A stretch of 49,440 bases of DNA from Acidobacteriota bacterium (GCA_003222845.1 QHXG01000166.1:1-49440), one strand, 5' to 3'; positions 15,974 through 24,955 are shown, counted from the stretch's first letter. The notes: generated by a model not told the origin, from the letters alone. Made by a program: numbers and translations.

Positions 15974-16507
15974 ATGACCGCGACTGAAGTCTTCGAATCG
16001 GTGACGAACGGCGGCAGCAGCGACTTCGCTCTGCTGGTTTCCATATTGAATCATCACGGGCGGTGGTGTCTGATTGGCGGACTGGCGGTCAATTGTTATG
16101 TCGAGCCGGTTTTCACGCTCGATGCCGATGTCGTCGTTGTTTTGGATGAGTTGAGTGCAATCGAGAAGGAGTTGACCGCGGCAGGTTTCTCGGTAAAGGA
16201 ATTTCCGCATTCGCTAAATGCGAGCGTGCCTGGAAGTCAACTTAGAATTCAGCTCACGACTGATCCACGTTATCAAGAGTTCTTGAACGGCACAGCGATA
16301 AGAGAGGTCCTCGGTGAACCGGTACCGATAGCATCACTGGCCGATGTAATCCGTGGAAAGATTTGGGCCTGGAGTGATGAAAAGCGCCGGCCGACAAAAC
16401 GAAAAAAGGATGAACTTGACCTGATGCGAATCCTTGAAGCGTATCCAGGAACGCGCAAGTTAATGCCGCGAGAGATTGTCGAACAAGTGCCGGAATCGGA
16501 CATGTAG
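15974..16507 (+). CDS. small nucleotidyltransferase-fold protein (minimal NTase-like)
   Basis: 177 aa. 'CLIGGLAVNCYVEPVFTLDADVVVV' resembles the GG..(n)..D.D signature of minimal nucleotidyltransferases (MNT / AbiEii-like). It is inserted between the thiolase and acyl-CoA dehydrogenase genes. Confidence 0.45.
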   Translation: MTATEVFESVTNGGSSDFALLVSILNHHGRWCLIGGLAVNCYVEPVFTLDADVVVVLDELSAIEKELTAAGFSVKEFPHSLNASVPGSQLRIQLTTDPRYQEFLNGTAIREVLGEPVPIASLADVIRGKIWAWSDEKRRPTKRKKDELDLMRILEAYPGTRKLMPREIVEQVPESDM

Positions 16508-16540
16508 GGGCGGTGCGCCCTTACTAGAGGGGAAACAAAT

Positions 16541-18328
16541 ATGGCAGCCGTAATCGAACAAAAGGAAATCGTCAAAGGTGGAAGCTTTCTGATTGAAGAG
16601 CGGACTCCCGCCGAGATTTTCACGCCCGAAGACTTCAATGAAGAACATCGCATGATCGCAGAAACTACGCGCCAATTCATGGACGCAGAAGTTGTACCGC
16701 GCATCGATGAGCTTGAAAACAAGGATTGGAAGTTGGCACGCGAGCTGGTGAAAAAAGGCGCTGAACTGGGGCTGGTGGGTGCAAACATTCCGGAGGAGTA
16801 TGACGGTCTCGGACTCGATCAAACCAGCGGCGCATTGATCGCTGAGAACCTGGGGCGGTCGGCGTCGTTTGCAACCACGCTCGGCGCGCAAAGCGGCATC
16901 GGTTTGATGCCAATAGTTTATTTTGGGACCGAAGCAGCGAAGAAAAAATATCTGCCGCAGATCGCGGCGGGTGATTTGATCACGGCTTACGCATTAACTG
17001 AGGCGGGCTCGGGCTCAGATGCGATGGCCGCAAAGGCGACGGCCAAGCTCAGTGACGATGGCAAGGAATACGTTCTCAATGGCGAGAAAATGTTCATTAC
17101 CAACGGTGGCTTTGCTGACATTTATATCGTGTTTGCGAAAGTAGATGGCGACAAGTTCACAGCATTCATTGTCGAGCGACAGGAAGGCTGTCAGCCCGGT
17201 GCGGAAGAACATAAGATGGGAATCAAAGGATCAAGCACGACGCCCTTGATTCTAGCTGATGCGAAAGCGCCAGTTGAGAATCTGCTGGGCGAAGTCGGCA
17301 AGGGCCATAAGATCGCCTTCAATATTCTCAACATCGGCCGATTCAAGTTGGGTGCGATGTGTCTCGGGGGCATGAAGGTCGCTCTTACATATTCAGTGCG
17401 GTACGCCAATGAGCGGCAGCAGTTCGGCAAATCGATCTCTGCGTTCGGCGCCATCAAATCAAAGCTTGGAGAGATGGCGATTCGCACCTGGATCGGTGAG
17501 GCGATGATCTATCGCACGCTGGGATTGATTGAGGCTGGTCTCGCAGCCGTCGGCGATTCGAAGGACATGGACGCGCGGCTCAAAGCCATTGAAGAGTATG
17601 CCGCCGAATGTTCGATCATCAAGGTGGCGTTGTCCGAATACTGCGATTACATCACTGACGAGATGGTCCAGATTTACGGCGGCTACGGATATTCGGCGGA
17701 TTATCCCGCCGAGCGTGCTTATCGCGACACGCGCATCAATCGCATTTTTGAAGGCACGAACGAAATCAATCGCATGTTGATTCCCGGTCGCTTGATGAAA
17801 GCGGCGATGAGCGGGCGACTGGCGCTCCTGCCTGCGGCGCAGGCATTGATGGACGAAATTCTTTCTCCCTCGATGGCATCGTTTGACACGGACGAGAGCT
17901 TGCTCGCCACCGAGCAGAAACTGGCCCAAAACGCGAAGAAAGTTGCACTAATGACGCTTGGCACGGCAGCCCAGAAGTATATGATGGGCCTCGCCGAACA
18001 GCAGGAAATTCTTATGGGTGTCGCCGACATCATCATGGATGCCTACGCGATGGAATCGGCGATCCTGCGGACGTTGAAGTTGGCCAGGGCTCAAGGTGAA
18101 GACTCTGCGGCGCGTTACATCGACATGACGCGCGTCTTTTGCAACGACGCTGTTGAGCGGATCGAGATGCACGCAAAGAACACGCTTGCAGCCATGGCGG
18201 AAGGCGATGAGCTGCGCACCCTGTTGGCAGCGCTCCGGCGATTTACGAAGATGACGCCAACCAATACGGTGGCCCTGCGACAGCGGATTGCGGGTGCGAT
18301 GATTGAGGCGAATCGGTATGTGTATTGA
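16541..18328 (+). CDS. fadE: long-form acyl-CoA dehydrogenase (FadE-type, ~595 aa)
   Basis: 595 aa with 'YALTEAGSGSD', 'KMFITNGGFADI' and 'QIYGGYGYSADYPAERAYRDTRINRIFEGTNEI'. Confidence 0.9.
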   Translation: MAAVIEQKEIVKGGSFLIEERTPAEIFTPEDFNEEHRMIAETTRQFMDAEVVPRIDELENKDWKLARELVKKGAELGLVGANIPEEYDGLGLDQTSGALIAENLGRSASFATTLGAQSGIGLMPIVYFGTEAAKKKYLPQIAAGDLITAYALTEAGSGSDAMAAKATAKLSDDGKEYVLNGEKMFITNGGFADIYIVFAKVDGDKFTAFIVERQEGCQPGAEEHKMGIKGSSTTPLILADAKAPVENLLGEVGKGHKIAFNILNIGRFKLGAMCLGGMKVALTYSVRYANERQQFGKSISAFGAIKSKLGEMAIRTWIGEAMIYRTLGLIEAGLAAVGDSKDMDARLKAIEEYAAECSIIKVALSEYCDYITDEMVQIYGGYGYSADYPAERAYRDTRINRIFEGTNEINRMLIPGRLMKAAMSGRLALLPAAQALMDEILSPSMASFDTDESLLATEQKLAQNAKKVALMTLGTAAQKYMMGLAEQQEILMGVADIIMDAYAMESAILRTLKLARAQGEDSAARYIDMTRVFCNDAVERIEMHAKNTLAAMAEGDELRTLLAALRRFTKMTPTNTVALRQRIAGAMIEANRYVY

Positions 18329-18330
18329 AA

Positions 18331-18482
18331 CATTGCCGATTGCCAATTGCCGATTTCCAATTTGAGGGCTCACGGTCATTTGCTTTCGGTCTTGGTTTTT
18401 TTAGCTGACAAACTCGTGAGCATTAGGCAAGACTGGGAAAACACGAGGTTAATCGGCAATCTGCAATCGAAAATCGGCAATG
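18331..18482. repeat. heptamer-periodic inverted-repeat element spanning the MBL gene start
   Basis: The left arm is TTGCCGA|TTGCCAA|TTGCCGA|TTTCCAA (18333-18360). The right arm is AATCGGC|AATCTGC|AATCGAA|AATCGGC|AATG (18451-18482). Nested complementary words pair 18331-18341 with 18472-18482 and 18345-18354 with 18451-18460. The right arm includes ATG 18480. Confidence 0.65.
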
Positions 18483-19433
18483 AAGATCATCCCCATCACC
18501 CTTCCCACGCCCTTCTACATCGGCCCCGTCAACGTCTACCTCATCAAAGAAGATCCCATTACCCTGATCGACACAGGACCCAAGACTAAAGAAACCGTCG
18601 ACGTTCTGCGCGCAGGACTGCAGAATGCCGGGATTTCAATTTCGGACATTCGGCGCATCGTGCTTACGCACGCGCATGAAGATCATTGCGGCTTGGCGCG
18701 GGCCGTGCGCGATGAGGCGAAGGAGGCCCGAGTTTTCGTGCACGGTTGGGAGACCGGTCATCGTGCAGGTCGATTGGAATATGAAGAGCACCGCCAGTTG
18801 CTTTTGCGCGCCGGCGTGCCGCGCGACGAGGTTGAAGCGATGCGGAAACTCTATGACAACTTTCGCCAATACGCGGACGCTCTCGACGACGAACACTGCA
18901 CTGAACTGATTGACCAAGCCGAATTGGAGTTTGAATCAGGCGTCTTGCAGGTCATTCATACACCAGGACACACGCCCGGCTCGTGCTCTTTCGTGCGCCA
19001 TGCGGATCGCACGGTCATCGCAGGTGATTGTGTGCTCAAGCGCATCACGCCGAATCCGATCCTTTCGGCGGATCCCGTCGATCCCTCTCGGCGTTTCAAG
19101 TCGCTACCCGAGTATCTGGTAAGTTTGGCCCGCGTGCGGAGCCTGGCACCGACGCTCGTGTTTGGTGGACATGGTGAGCCGGTTCGTGACTTTGAAGAAC
19201 TCTTCACGCGCTACTTGCGCTCTATGCGCGAGCGCCAGGCTCAAATACTTAGGCTTCTTCCTGACAACGGTGGCACCGCCTGGGAGGTTTCGCGCGCGCT
19301 GTTTCCCGACACTGACGACGTACATCGGTTCCTCGCTGTCTCCGAATCCGTCGCGCATTTGGACTACCTGCATCTGGAAAACAAGCTGGCGCTGGAAATG
19401 AACGACGGTCGCGAGATTTACCGGCTAATGTGA
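18480..19433 (+). CDS. MBL-fold metallo-hydrolase
   Basis: 317 aa with 'LTHAHEDHCG' (HxHxDH) and 'HTPGHTPGS'. Confidence 0.85.
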   Translation: MKIIPITLPTPFYIGPVNVYLIKEDPITLIDTGPKTKETVDVLRAGLQNAGISISDIRRIVLTHAHEDHCGLARAVRDEAKEARVFVHGWETGHRAGRLEYEEHRQLLLRAGVPRDEVEAMRKLYDNFRQYADALDDEHCTELIDQAELEFESGVLQVIHTPGHTPGSCSFVRHADRTVIAGDCVLKRITPNPILSADPVDPSRRFKSLPEYLVSLARVRSLAPTLVFGGHGEPVRDFEELFTRYLRSMRERQAQILRLLPDNGGTAWEVSRALFPDTDDVHRFLAVSESVAHLDYLHLENKLALEMNDGREIYRLM

Positions 19434-19467
19434 CAAACTCCGACCAGTTTGATATCGTGCCTGCGCG

Positions 19468-19938
19468 ATGTACCGAGTCTTTTTAAGTTACAACACACCG
19501 GATGAAATGACCGTGGTCTGGCGGTTGCAGACATTGGCTGCGGCATCTGGCTTGCACTTGGACGTTTTGAATGATCGCCAACGATCAGATCCTGCCAAGG
19601 TAACCAAGACAATCGATGATGCTGATTCTGTGATTGTGTTCCTGACTCAGCAACCAACCTCGCAAGTAAAAAGAGAGCTTTCATACGCACTGAAGCGAGA
19701 CAAGCCAGTGATTCCAATTGTTGAGATCGGGACAACGACGTCGCAGATCAAGCCTTTACTCCAGCACTCTGGAATTCCGGTTTTTGAACTCGACCCTCGT
19801 AATCCGGGACGGATGGAGAGCAGCCTTGCCGGATATCTGCAAAAACAAAAATACGATAAAGATACGAAGAATGCTCTATTGGCTTTGGCAGGTGCCTTTG
19901 TTGGTCTGTTCCTGTTAGATAAGCTCGCTGAGAGCTAA
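19468..19938 (+). CDS. TIR-like domain protein with C-terminal transmembrane helix
   Basis: 156 aa. 'YRVFLSYNTPDE', 'ADSVIVFLTQQPTSQVKRELSYALKRDKPVIPIV' follows the bacterial TIR_2 pattern (FLSY start, S..V..EL helix with a candidate catalytic Glu, IPI strand). The C-terminal 'ALLALAGAFVGLFLL' is hydrophobic. Confidence 0.6.
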   Translation: MYRVFLSYNTPDEMTVVWRLQTLAAASGLHLDVLNDRQRSDPAKVTKTIDDADSVIVFLTQQPTSQVKRELSYALKRDKPVIPIVEIGTTTSQIKPLLQHSGIPVFELDPRNPGRMESSLAGYLQKQKYDKDTKNALLALAGAFVGLFLLDKLAES

Positions 19939-20496
19939 ATGCCACGCTCCCGCTTCGAAAAATCCGAAGTAGTAATCGATTCATCATGCCTTCGATGCAT
20001 GCTAGTCCTGAATCGAGTATTCCCACAGTATAGGCTTTTCAATGCACTGGCTCTCAGATATTACGTTGTGCACATTCCTCAGCATGTTTGGAACGAGGTT
20101 GGCCGAAAGGGACACACGCGAGGCCCACTGAAGCGACTCGTTCAAAGGCACCAGATCTTTCAAAGATGTGACGTCGGAAGTCAACACCGCGCGAAACTTC
20201 TTTACGACCGCCAAACAAACCCGCGGGCTCCTATTCATCGAGGTGAAGCTGAGACGATCATCCAAGCTCAAGAGCTCGGAATCTCCGAGGTCTTGATGGA
20301 TGAGCGCAAGGGTACAAAGATCGCTCTAGCGCATAGTCTTAATCCTCGAGGAATCGTCGGCCTCATCAGGGAGTTCACGTTGAATGGTGTCATTCCCGAG
20401 GCCCGACCTCTCTTTGAAGAGTGCAAACGAAATCGCTTCTGGCTCGATGATGAATTAATAGAAAGCGTACTGAAGGAAACGGGCGAGTCTCCATAG
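19939..20496 (+). CDS. PIN-like nuclease domain protein (DUF3368 type)
   Basis: 185 aa. 'VVIDSSCL', 'GEAETIIQAQELGISEVLMDERKGTKIA', 'GIVGLI' match the DUF3368 PIN-like pattern. The ATG directly follows the TIR gene's TAA (TAAATG). Confidence 0.65.
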   Translation: MPRSRFEKSEVVIDSSCLRCMLVLNRVFPQYRLFNALALRYYVVHIPQHVWNEVGRKGHTRGPLKRLVQRHQIFQRCDVGSQHRAKLLYDRQTNPRAPIHRGEAETIIQAQELGISEVLMDERKGTKIALAHSLNPRGIVGLIREFTLNGVIPEARPLFEECKRNRFWLDDELIESVLKETGESP

Positions 20497-20615
20497 TCTT
20501 TTGCGGTCATTCGCAGGTCGCACACCTGTGACTTTGATTTCAACCCAAAACAATTTGGAACCGAGTTAAGTTATTCGGCGTGAAGAGTCTAAAATCTTTC
20601 CGGAGGACTCCGTAT

Positions 20616-21641
20616 ATGACTCGTAACAAACTGACTTTGATCGTCGGACTCATCCTGGGCGCCGCACTGCTTGCCGGCACCGTCGTGTATGCCCAGCCCT
20701 TCGATTCCCCATTCGTTGAAGCTCAAGATCCCGGCTCTAACGCACAAACCTTTGCTTTCTTTTTCGACGGCGCGTTCCTGGGGGTGGCCGGCGAGGACAT
20801 CACGAAAGAAAACATGTCTCGGTATGGACTGCGAGAAGTCCGCGGCGTGGGTGTGACGCAGGTCATCAAAGACAGTCCGGCGGAAAAAGCGGGTTTAAAA
20901 AAGGATGACGTGATTCTTCGCTTTGACGGCGAATCGGTGACCAGCGTGCGTAAGTTGACGCGTCTGGTTAGTGAAACCGCAGCCGATCAGACGGTGCGGC
21001 TTACGATTAGCCGCGGTGGGGCCGAGCAGGAACTCAGCGTGACGCTCTCCAAGCGCAACATGGGTAACCTACTTGGGCCCCAAATCCGAGACGACGTGTT
21101 CCGTGGGATTGAACGGAATTTTCCGCGAATCGAATCGGGCAACGGAGATTTTATTTTCTCATTTGGAGGCAACCGTCGTATCGGGGTCAGCACGCAGGGG
21201 CTGACAAAACAGCTCGCGGACTATTTTGGCGTCAAAGATGGCGGCCTGCTGATCACTTCGGTTACCGAGAACAGTCCGGCGGCGAAAGCCGGGCTGAAAG
21301 CCGGCGATGTAATCACAACCGCCGATGGTGAGAAGGTGACCTCATCGGGAGATCTTACTCGCGCGATTAACAAGAAAGATGACGGCGCTGTGACGCTGAC
21401 CGTCGTCCGTGATCACGGTACCCGAACGGTGACCGTAACTCCTGAGAAGAATCCTGACCGCCTCATCCGTCCCGGCACAATCGGTACGCGGCGGGTTGTG
21501 ATTCCTTCGATTGAAATACCGGCGATCCCAGAAATGAACATTCAAATTCCCCGTATTGTCATTCCGGCCACACCGAAGATTGACGTAACGGTGCCGAGCA
21601 GAGCGCCGCGTCCAGGCCGCGCACGAGTAATAATCATCTAG
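20616..21641 (+). CDS. secreted or anchored tandem-PDZ protein
   Basis: The start is moved to ATG 20616, 8 nt after GGAGGA at 20602-20607. There is a signal anchor 'LTLIVGLILGAALLAGTVVYA'. The two PDZ units are 'GVGVTQVIKDSPAEKAGLKKDDVILRFDG' and 'GLLITSVTENSPAAKAGLKAGDVITTADG'. Confidence 0.8.
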   Translation: MTRNKLTLIVGLILGAALLAGTVVYAQPFDSPFVEAQDPGSNAQTFAFFFDGAFLGVAGEDITKENMSRYGLREVRGVGVTQVIKDSPAEKAGLKKDDVILRFDGESVTSVRKLTRLVSETAADQTVRLTISRGGAEQELSVTLSKRNMGNLLGPQIRDDVFRGIERNFPRIESGNGDFIFSFGGNRRIGVSTQGLTKQLADYFGVKDGGLLITSVTENSPAAKAGLKAGDVITTADGEKVTSSGDLTRAINKKDDGAVTLTVVRDHGTRTVTVTPEKNPDRLIRPGTIGTRRVVIPSIEIPAIPEMNIQIPRIVIPATPKIDVTVPSRAPRPGRARVIII

Positions 21642-21667
21642 TTGGGTGAAGACTCCGGCTACAGGTG

Positions 21668-21734
21668 TTAGAGTACCAACTTCAGTTGGGTCTTTCATTG
21701 GCAAGACAAAGCCCGACTGAAGTCGGTACTCTAA
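21668..21734. repeat. imperfect 27-bp-arm palindrome with TTCA/TGAA sub-hairpins
   Basis: 'ttagagtaccaacttcagttgggtcttt' pairs with 'aaagcccgactgaagtcggtactctaa' with 2-3 mismatches. A half-copy of the 1234-1327 arm follows at 21757-21776. Confidence 0.75.
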
Positions 21735-21795
21735 ACGCCGTTTGCCAGAGGCCGGTCGCTACCGCTCGCGGTTCTGTAACGGGCCGCGTATAATT

Positions 21796-21823
21796 CGCCT
21801 CCACGCTGAGCGTAGCGGAGGCG
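21796..21823 (+). promoter_or_regulatory. hairpin sequestering the egtD-like Shine-Dalgarno
   Basis: CGCCTCC (21796-21802) pairs with GGAGGCG (21817-23), with inner ACGC-tga-GCGT. GGAGG at 21817-21821 is the only SD, 9 nt before the TTG start at 21831. Confidence 0.35.
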
Positions 21824-21830
21824 GAATCGG

Positions 21831-22835
21831 TTGGCGCAATCAAAACCAGAACAGTCGCGTTTGATTATTCACGATCTCGCGCGGCGCAACGGGCGCACTG
21901 AGTTTGCCAGAGACGTCCGAAGCGGACTCTCATCTTATCCGAAGCAACTTTTCCCAAAGTATCTTTACGATGAGCTTGGCTCGCGTTTGTTTGAAGCGAT
22001 CTGTGAGGTTGACGAGTACTACCTTACTCGGGCGGAAGACAAAATCCTGACGAGCTACGCAGACGAAATCGTGCGCGCCATCCCCAACTGCAAAACGTTG
22101 ATCGAGCTCGGGAGTGGCAGCGCGCAGAAAACGCGTAAGATCATCGAAGCGCTGATTCGAGGCTGCGGCGAATTGCTTTTCATTCCGGTTGACATCTCGG
22201 CCACGGCCCTCGAAAAGAGTTCGCATGCGCTGCTGGATTCGTACCCGAATTTGAAAATCAACGCCTATGCAGCCGACTACTTTGAGGCTCTGGAAGCCTT
22301 GCCCCCACTCGGCCCCGATCCGGCGCTGGTACTGTTTCTTGGATCGAACATCGGCAACTTCGAGCCGGACGAAGCAGTTGATTTTCTAAGTGCTATTCGC
22401 CGCGTGCTTCGCCGGCAGGATGCTTTGCTCCTGGGCGCAGACCTGAAGAAGGACGCGCGGACGCTGGAAGCGGCTTATGACGACTCGCTGGGAGTAACGC
22501 GCGCCTTCATCGTCAACGAGTTGGAGCGCATCAATCGTGAACTGGATGCCAACTTTGATCTGTGGGCCTTTGGTCTCAGATCGCTTTACAACGAATCAGC
22601 CGGGCGCGTTGAAGTCTATCTTGAGAGTTTGCGCTCGCAAGATATCAACATTCGCGGGTTGGATATGTCCATCAGCTTCGACGCCGGCGAAAGAATCCAC
22701 ATGGAAAACTCTTATAAGTTTGACTTGAACGGCCTTAAACTACTCGGGCGGCGAAGTGGATTCGATTTGGAACGCACTTGGCTGGATGAAGAAAAACTAT
22801 TCAGCAGTAATCTCTTTCGCGTCCCGGAAGCTTGA
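21831..22835 (+). CDS. egtD: L-histidine N-alpha-methyltransferase (EgtD/EanA family)
   Basis: 334 aa. 'DVRSGLSSYPKQLFPKYLYDELGSRLFEAICEVDEYYLTRAE', 'ELGSGSAQKTR', 'FIPVDIS' and 'LFLGSNIGNF' are EgtD hallmarks. Confidence 0.8.
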   Translation: MAQSKPEQSRLIIHDLARRNGRTEFARDVRSGLSSYPKQLFPKYLYDELGSRLFEAICEVDEYYLTRAEDKILTSYADEIVRAIPNCKTLIELGSGSAQKTRKIIEALIRGCGELLFIPVDISATALEKSSHALLDSYPNLKINAYAADYFEALEALPPLGPDPALVLFLGSNIGNFEPDEAVDFLSAIRRVLRRQDALLLGADLKKDARTLEAAYDDSLGVTRAFIVNELERINRELDANFDLWAFGLRSLYNESAGRVEVYLESLRSQDINIRGLDMSISFDAGERIHMENSYKFDLNGLKLLGRRSGFDLERTWLDEEKLFSSNLFRVPEA

Positions 22836-22838
22836 CGC

Positions 22839-24260
22839 TCAACGCGCGTTAGCAGCGCTACGCCCAGGCTCGGCGTCGGCCTGCTCCTTCTTTTCCGGCA
22901 ACTCCAGACGCACGCGCAGCAAGCGCCTGCGTTCCACCTTTTCAACTCTAAATCGCAAGCCATCGTGTTCGATGATCTCACCGGGCTGGAGCACATGTCC
23001 GGCTGCCGTCATGAGGAATCCGCCGATGGTCGTATAGGCGTCGGATTCAGGGAGCGCAGTCTTTAGACGCCGATTTAGATCGCGTACGGCGAGTGCTCCG
23101 TCAAGCAAATAAGTACGCGGCTCAATCTCGGTAATCTGCTCGTTCACCTCTTCGTCATGTTCGTCTGAAATCTCGCCCACAATCTCTTCCAGCAAATCTT
23201 CGAGCGTGATAATGCCTTCGACCCCGCCATGTTCGTCGACGACAAATCCGAAATGCGTTTTCTTCCTTTGCATCTGACGCAAAACGTCTTCGAGCCGCGC
23301 CGTATCGACGACATACATCGGCGGCTGAAGAATGTATTCGAGGCGAAACTCCTCCGGCCGCAAAAGATAAGGCATCAAGTCTTTGCTGTGAATGAAGCCA
23401 ATCACATCATCCAGCGACCCGCGATACACCGGCAGACGCGAATAACGATTTTGCTCAAATGCGTTCTTGATATCTTCCAGCGAGCAATCGGCCGAGATCG
23501 CCGCAATGGCCGGACGTGGAACCATTGCTTCGCGCACCAGCGTATCTGAGAACTCGAAAACGCGATGGATCAGCCGTCGTTCTTCCGCGCGCAGGTGGCC
23601 GCTCTCGCGCGAGATGTCGATTAATTGACGCAGCTCAGCTTCGCTGTACACGGCCGTGTGTTGCAGCGACGCCTTCAAACCAAGCAGACGGCCCAGCGTC
23701 GCCCCGGTGCGGTTGAAGATCCAAAGCGGAGCGCGAAAGACTTTAGTGAACAACTCCAATGGCCGCGCGACGAACAAGGCCAGTCCTTCGGCGCGCTCGA
23801 GCGCAAACATCTTCGGCATCAACTCGCCCAGCACGATATGCAGGAAAGTGATGGCCGCAAACGCGACTATGATTGCGAATGCGTGAGCGACGTATCCTGC
23901 CCTACCTTCGGAAGCGATGCCCGAGGCGATCGGTTGCAGAAGCGAAGCAACGGCCGGTTCGCCAATCCAGCCGAGCGCAAGGGATGCGATTGTGATTCCA
24001 AGTTGCGTCGCAGAGATGAACAATGTGGGATTGCCAGTCAAGCGCAGTGCGGCCCGGGCGCGCCGGCTTCCGGCCGCGGCCCGAGCTTCGAGACGCGTGC
24101 GCCGCACGGAAACCAAGGCGAACTCGGCGCCTACAAAGAACCCGTTGGCGGCGACAAAGAAAAGCACTCCCAGGAGCTTGCCCGCGACTTTGATTAGAGT
24201 AGTTGGAAACGGGGAGCCGCCAGCCAGGTAGGCGAAATAATAACTAGCAGGATCGTCCAT
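22839..24260 (-). CDS. CNNM/HlyC-CorC family transporter (DUF21 + CBS pair + CorC_HlyC)
   Basis: 473 aa with 4 N-terminal TM helices, CBS-pair region 'VREAMVPR...', and C-terminal 'GGFLMTAAGHVLQPGEIIEHDGLRFRVEKVERRRL'. Confidence 0.85.
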   Translation of the reverse strand: MDDPASYYFAYLAGGSPFPTTLIKVAGKLLGVLFFVAANGFFVGAEFALVSVRRTRLEARAAAGSRRARAALRLTGNPTLFISATQLGITIASLALGWIGEPAVASLLQPIASGIASEGRAGYVAHAFAIIVAFAAITFLHIVLGELMPKMFALERAEGLALFVARPLELFTKVFRAPLWIFNRTGATLGRLLGLKASLQHTAVYSEAELRQLIDISRESGHLRAEERRLIHRVFEFSDTLVREAMVPRPAIAAISADCSLEDIKNAFEQNRYSRLPVYRGSLDDVIGFIHSKDLMPYLLRPEEFRLEYILQPPMYVVDTARLEDVLRQMQRKKTHFGFVVDEHGGVEGIITLEDLLEEIVGEISDEHDEEVNEQITEIEPRTYLLDGALAVRDLNRRLKTALPESDAYTTIGGFLMTAAGHVLQPGEIIEHDGLRFRVEKVERRRLLRVRLELPEKKEQADAEPGRSAANAR

Positions 24261-24362
24261 CGTGTTCCGTTAGCAGGAGAGGTTCGGAAATCATCCTATC
24301 ATGAGGCTGGTCGTAATTCAGTAAGCCTCATTCTAAACGGAAAGGGTGCGCAGAAGATGTTT

Positions 24363-24412
24363 TCAAATGACTAAATGAAAAACGTCAAAAGATAAATGGA
24401 AAATGATCAGTG
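24363..24412. repeat. 7-8-nt periodic A-rich element downstream of carD (copy A of a 27-bp repeat)
   Basis: 24363-24389 'tcaaatgactaaatgaaaaacgtcaaa' matches the reverse complement of 25164-25190 at 24/27 positions. Confidence 0.75.
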
Positions 24413-24955
24413 ACTACCCGCTGCCACAGCTACGCGAGTCTTGGCCACTTCCCGGTGATCGTGTCGAGCACAAGCGTCTTCGAGGGCTTGATCGACCCGG
24501 GGCTCGATCCGGCATTCCGGTTGCCGACAAACCGCGGCCAGCTCTGAAATGACCAGGTATCGTGAACGCTCGAGCATGCGCTGCTCACGGAACGAGAGGG
24601 GTTTGATATGACTGAGATAGTTAAGATGCTTGAGCACCTCGGCAACTTCAAAGATATCGCCCGTGCGCATCTTCTCGGAAAAATCCTTGAAACGATCCTT
24701 CCAGTCGTTGAGGGGCGTCGCAAAATCAGTGGCGAGAGCTTTGAACAGAATGTCGCACTCGCCGGAAGAGATCGGACGACGCAGGCCGACCTCGGCAGCA
24801 TTGGACACCGGTACCAGGACCAGCGAATTCGTCGCTGCCAGCCTGAGCGTGTAGAAAGGGAGCGCTACCGCCCCGATCTGTTTCTGCTCGATTTGTTCGA
24901 TTACGCCGATACCGTGATTGGGATAAACAACTTTCTGGCCGACCTTGAAGCCCAC
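24407..24955 (-). CDS. carD: CarD/CdnL family transcriptional regulator
   Basis: 'FKVGQKVVYPNHGIGVIEQI...YTLRL' is the CarD_TRCF RNAP-interacting domain. The start is moved to GTG 24953-24955, preceded by GGAGGTGA with 7-nt spacing. The track's TTG at 25075 has no SD. Confidence 0.8.
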   Translation of the reverse strand: MGFKVGQKVVYPNHGIGVIEQIEQKQIGAVALPFYTLRLAATNSLVLVPVSNAAEVGLRRPISSGECDILFKALATDFATPLNDWKDRFKDFSEKMRTGDIFEVAEVLKHLNYLSHIKPLSFREQRMLERSRYLVISELAAVCRQPECRIEPRVDQALEDACARHDHREVAKTRVAVAAGSH

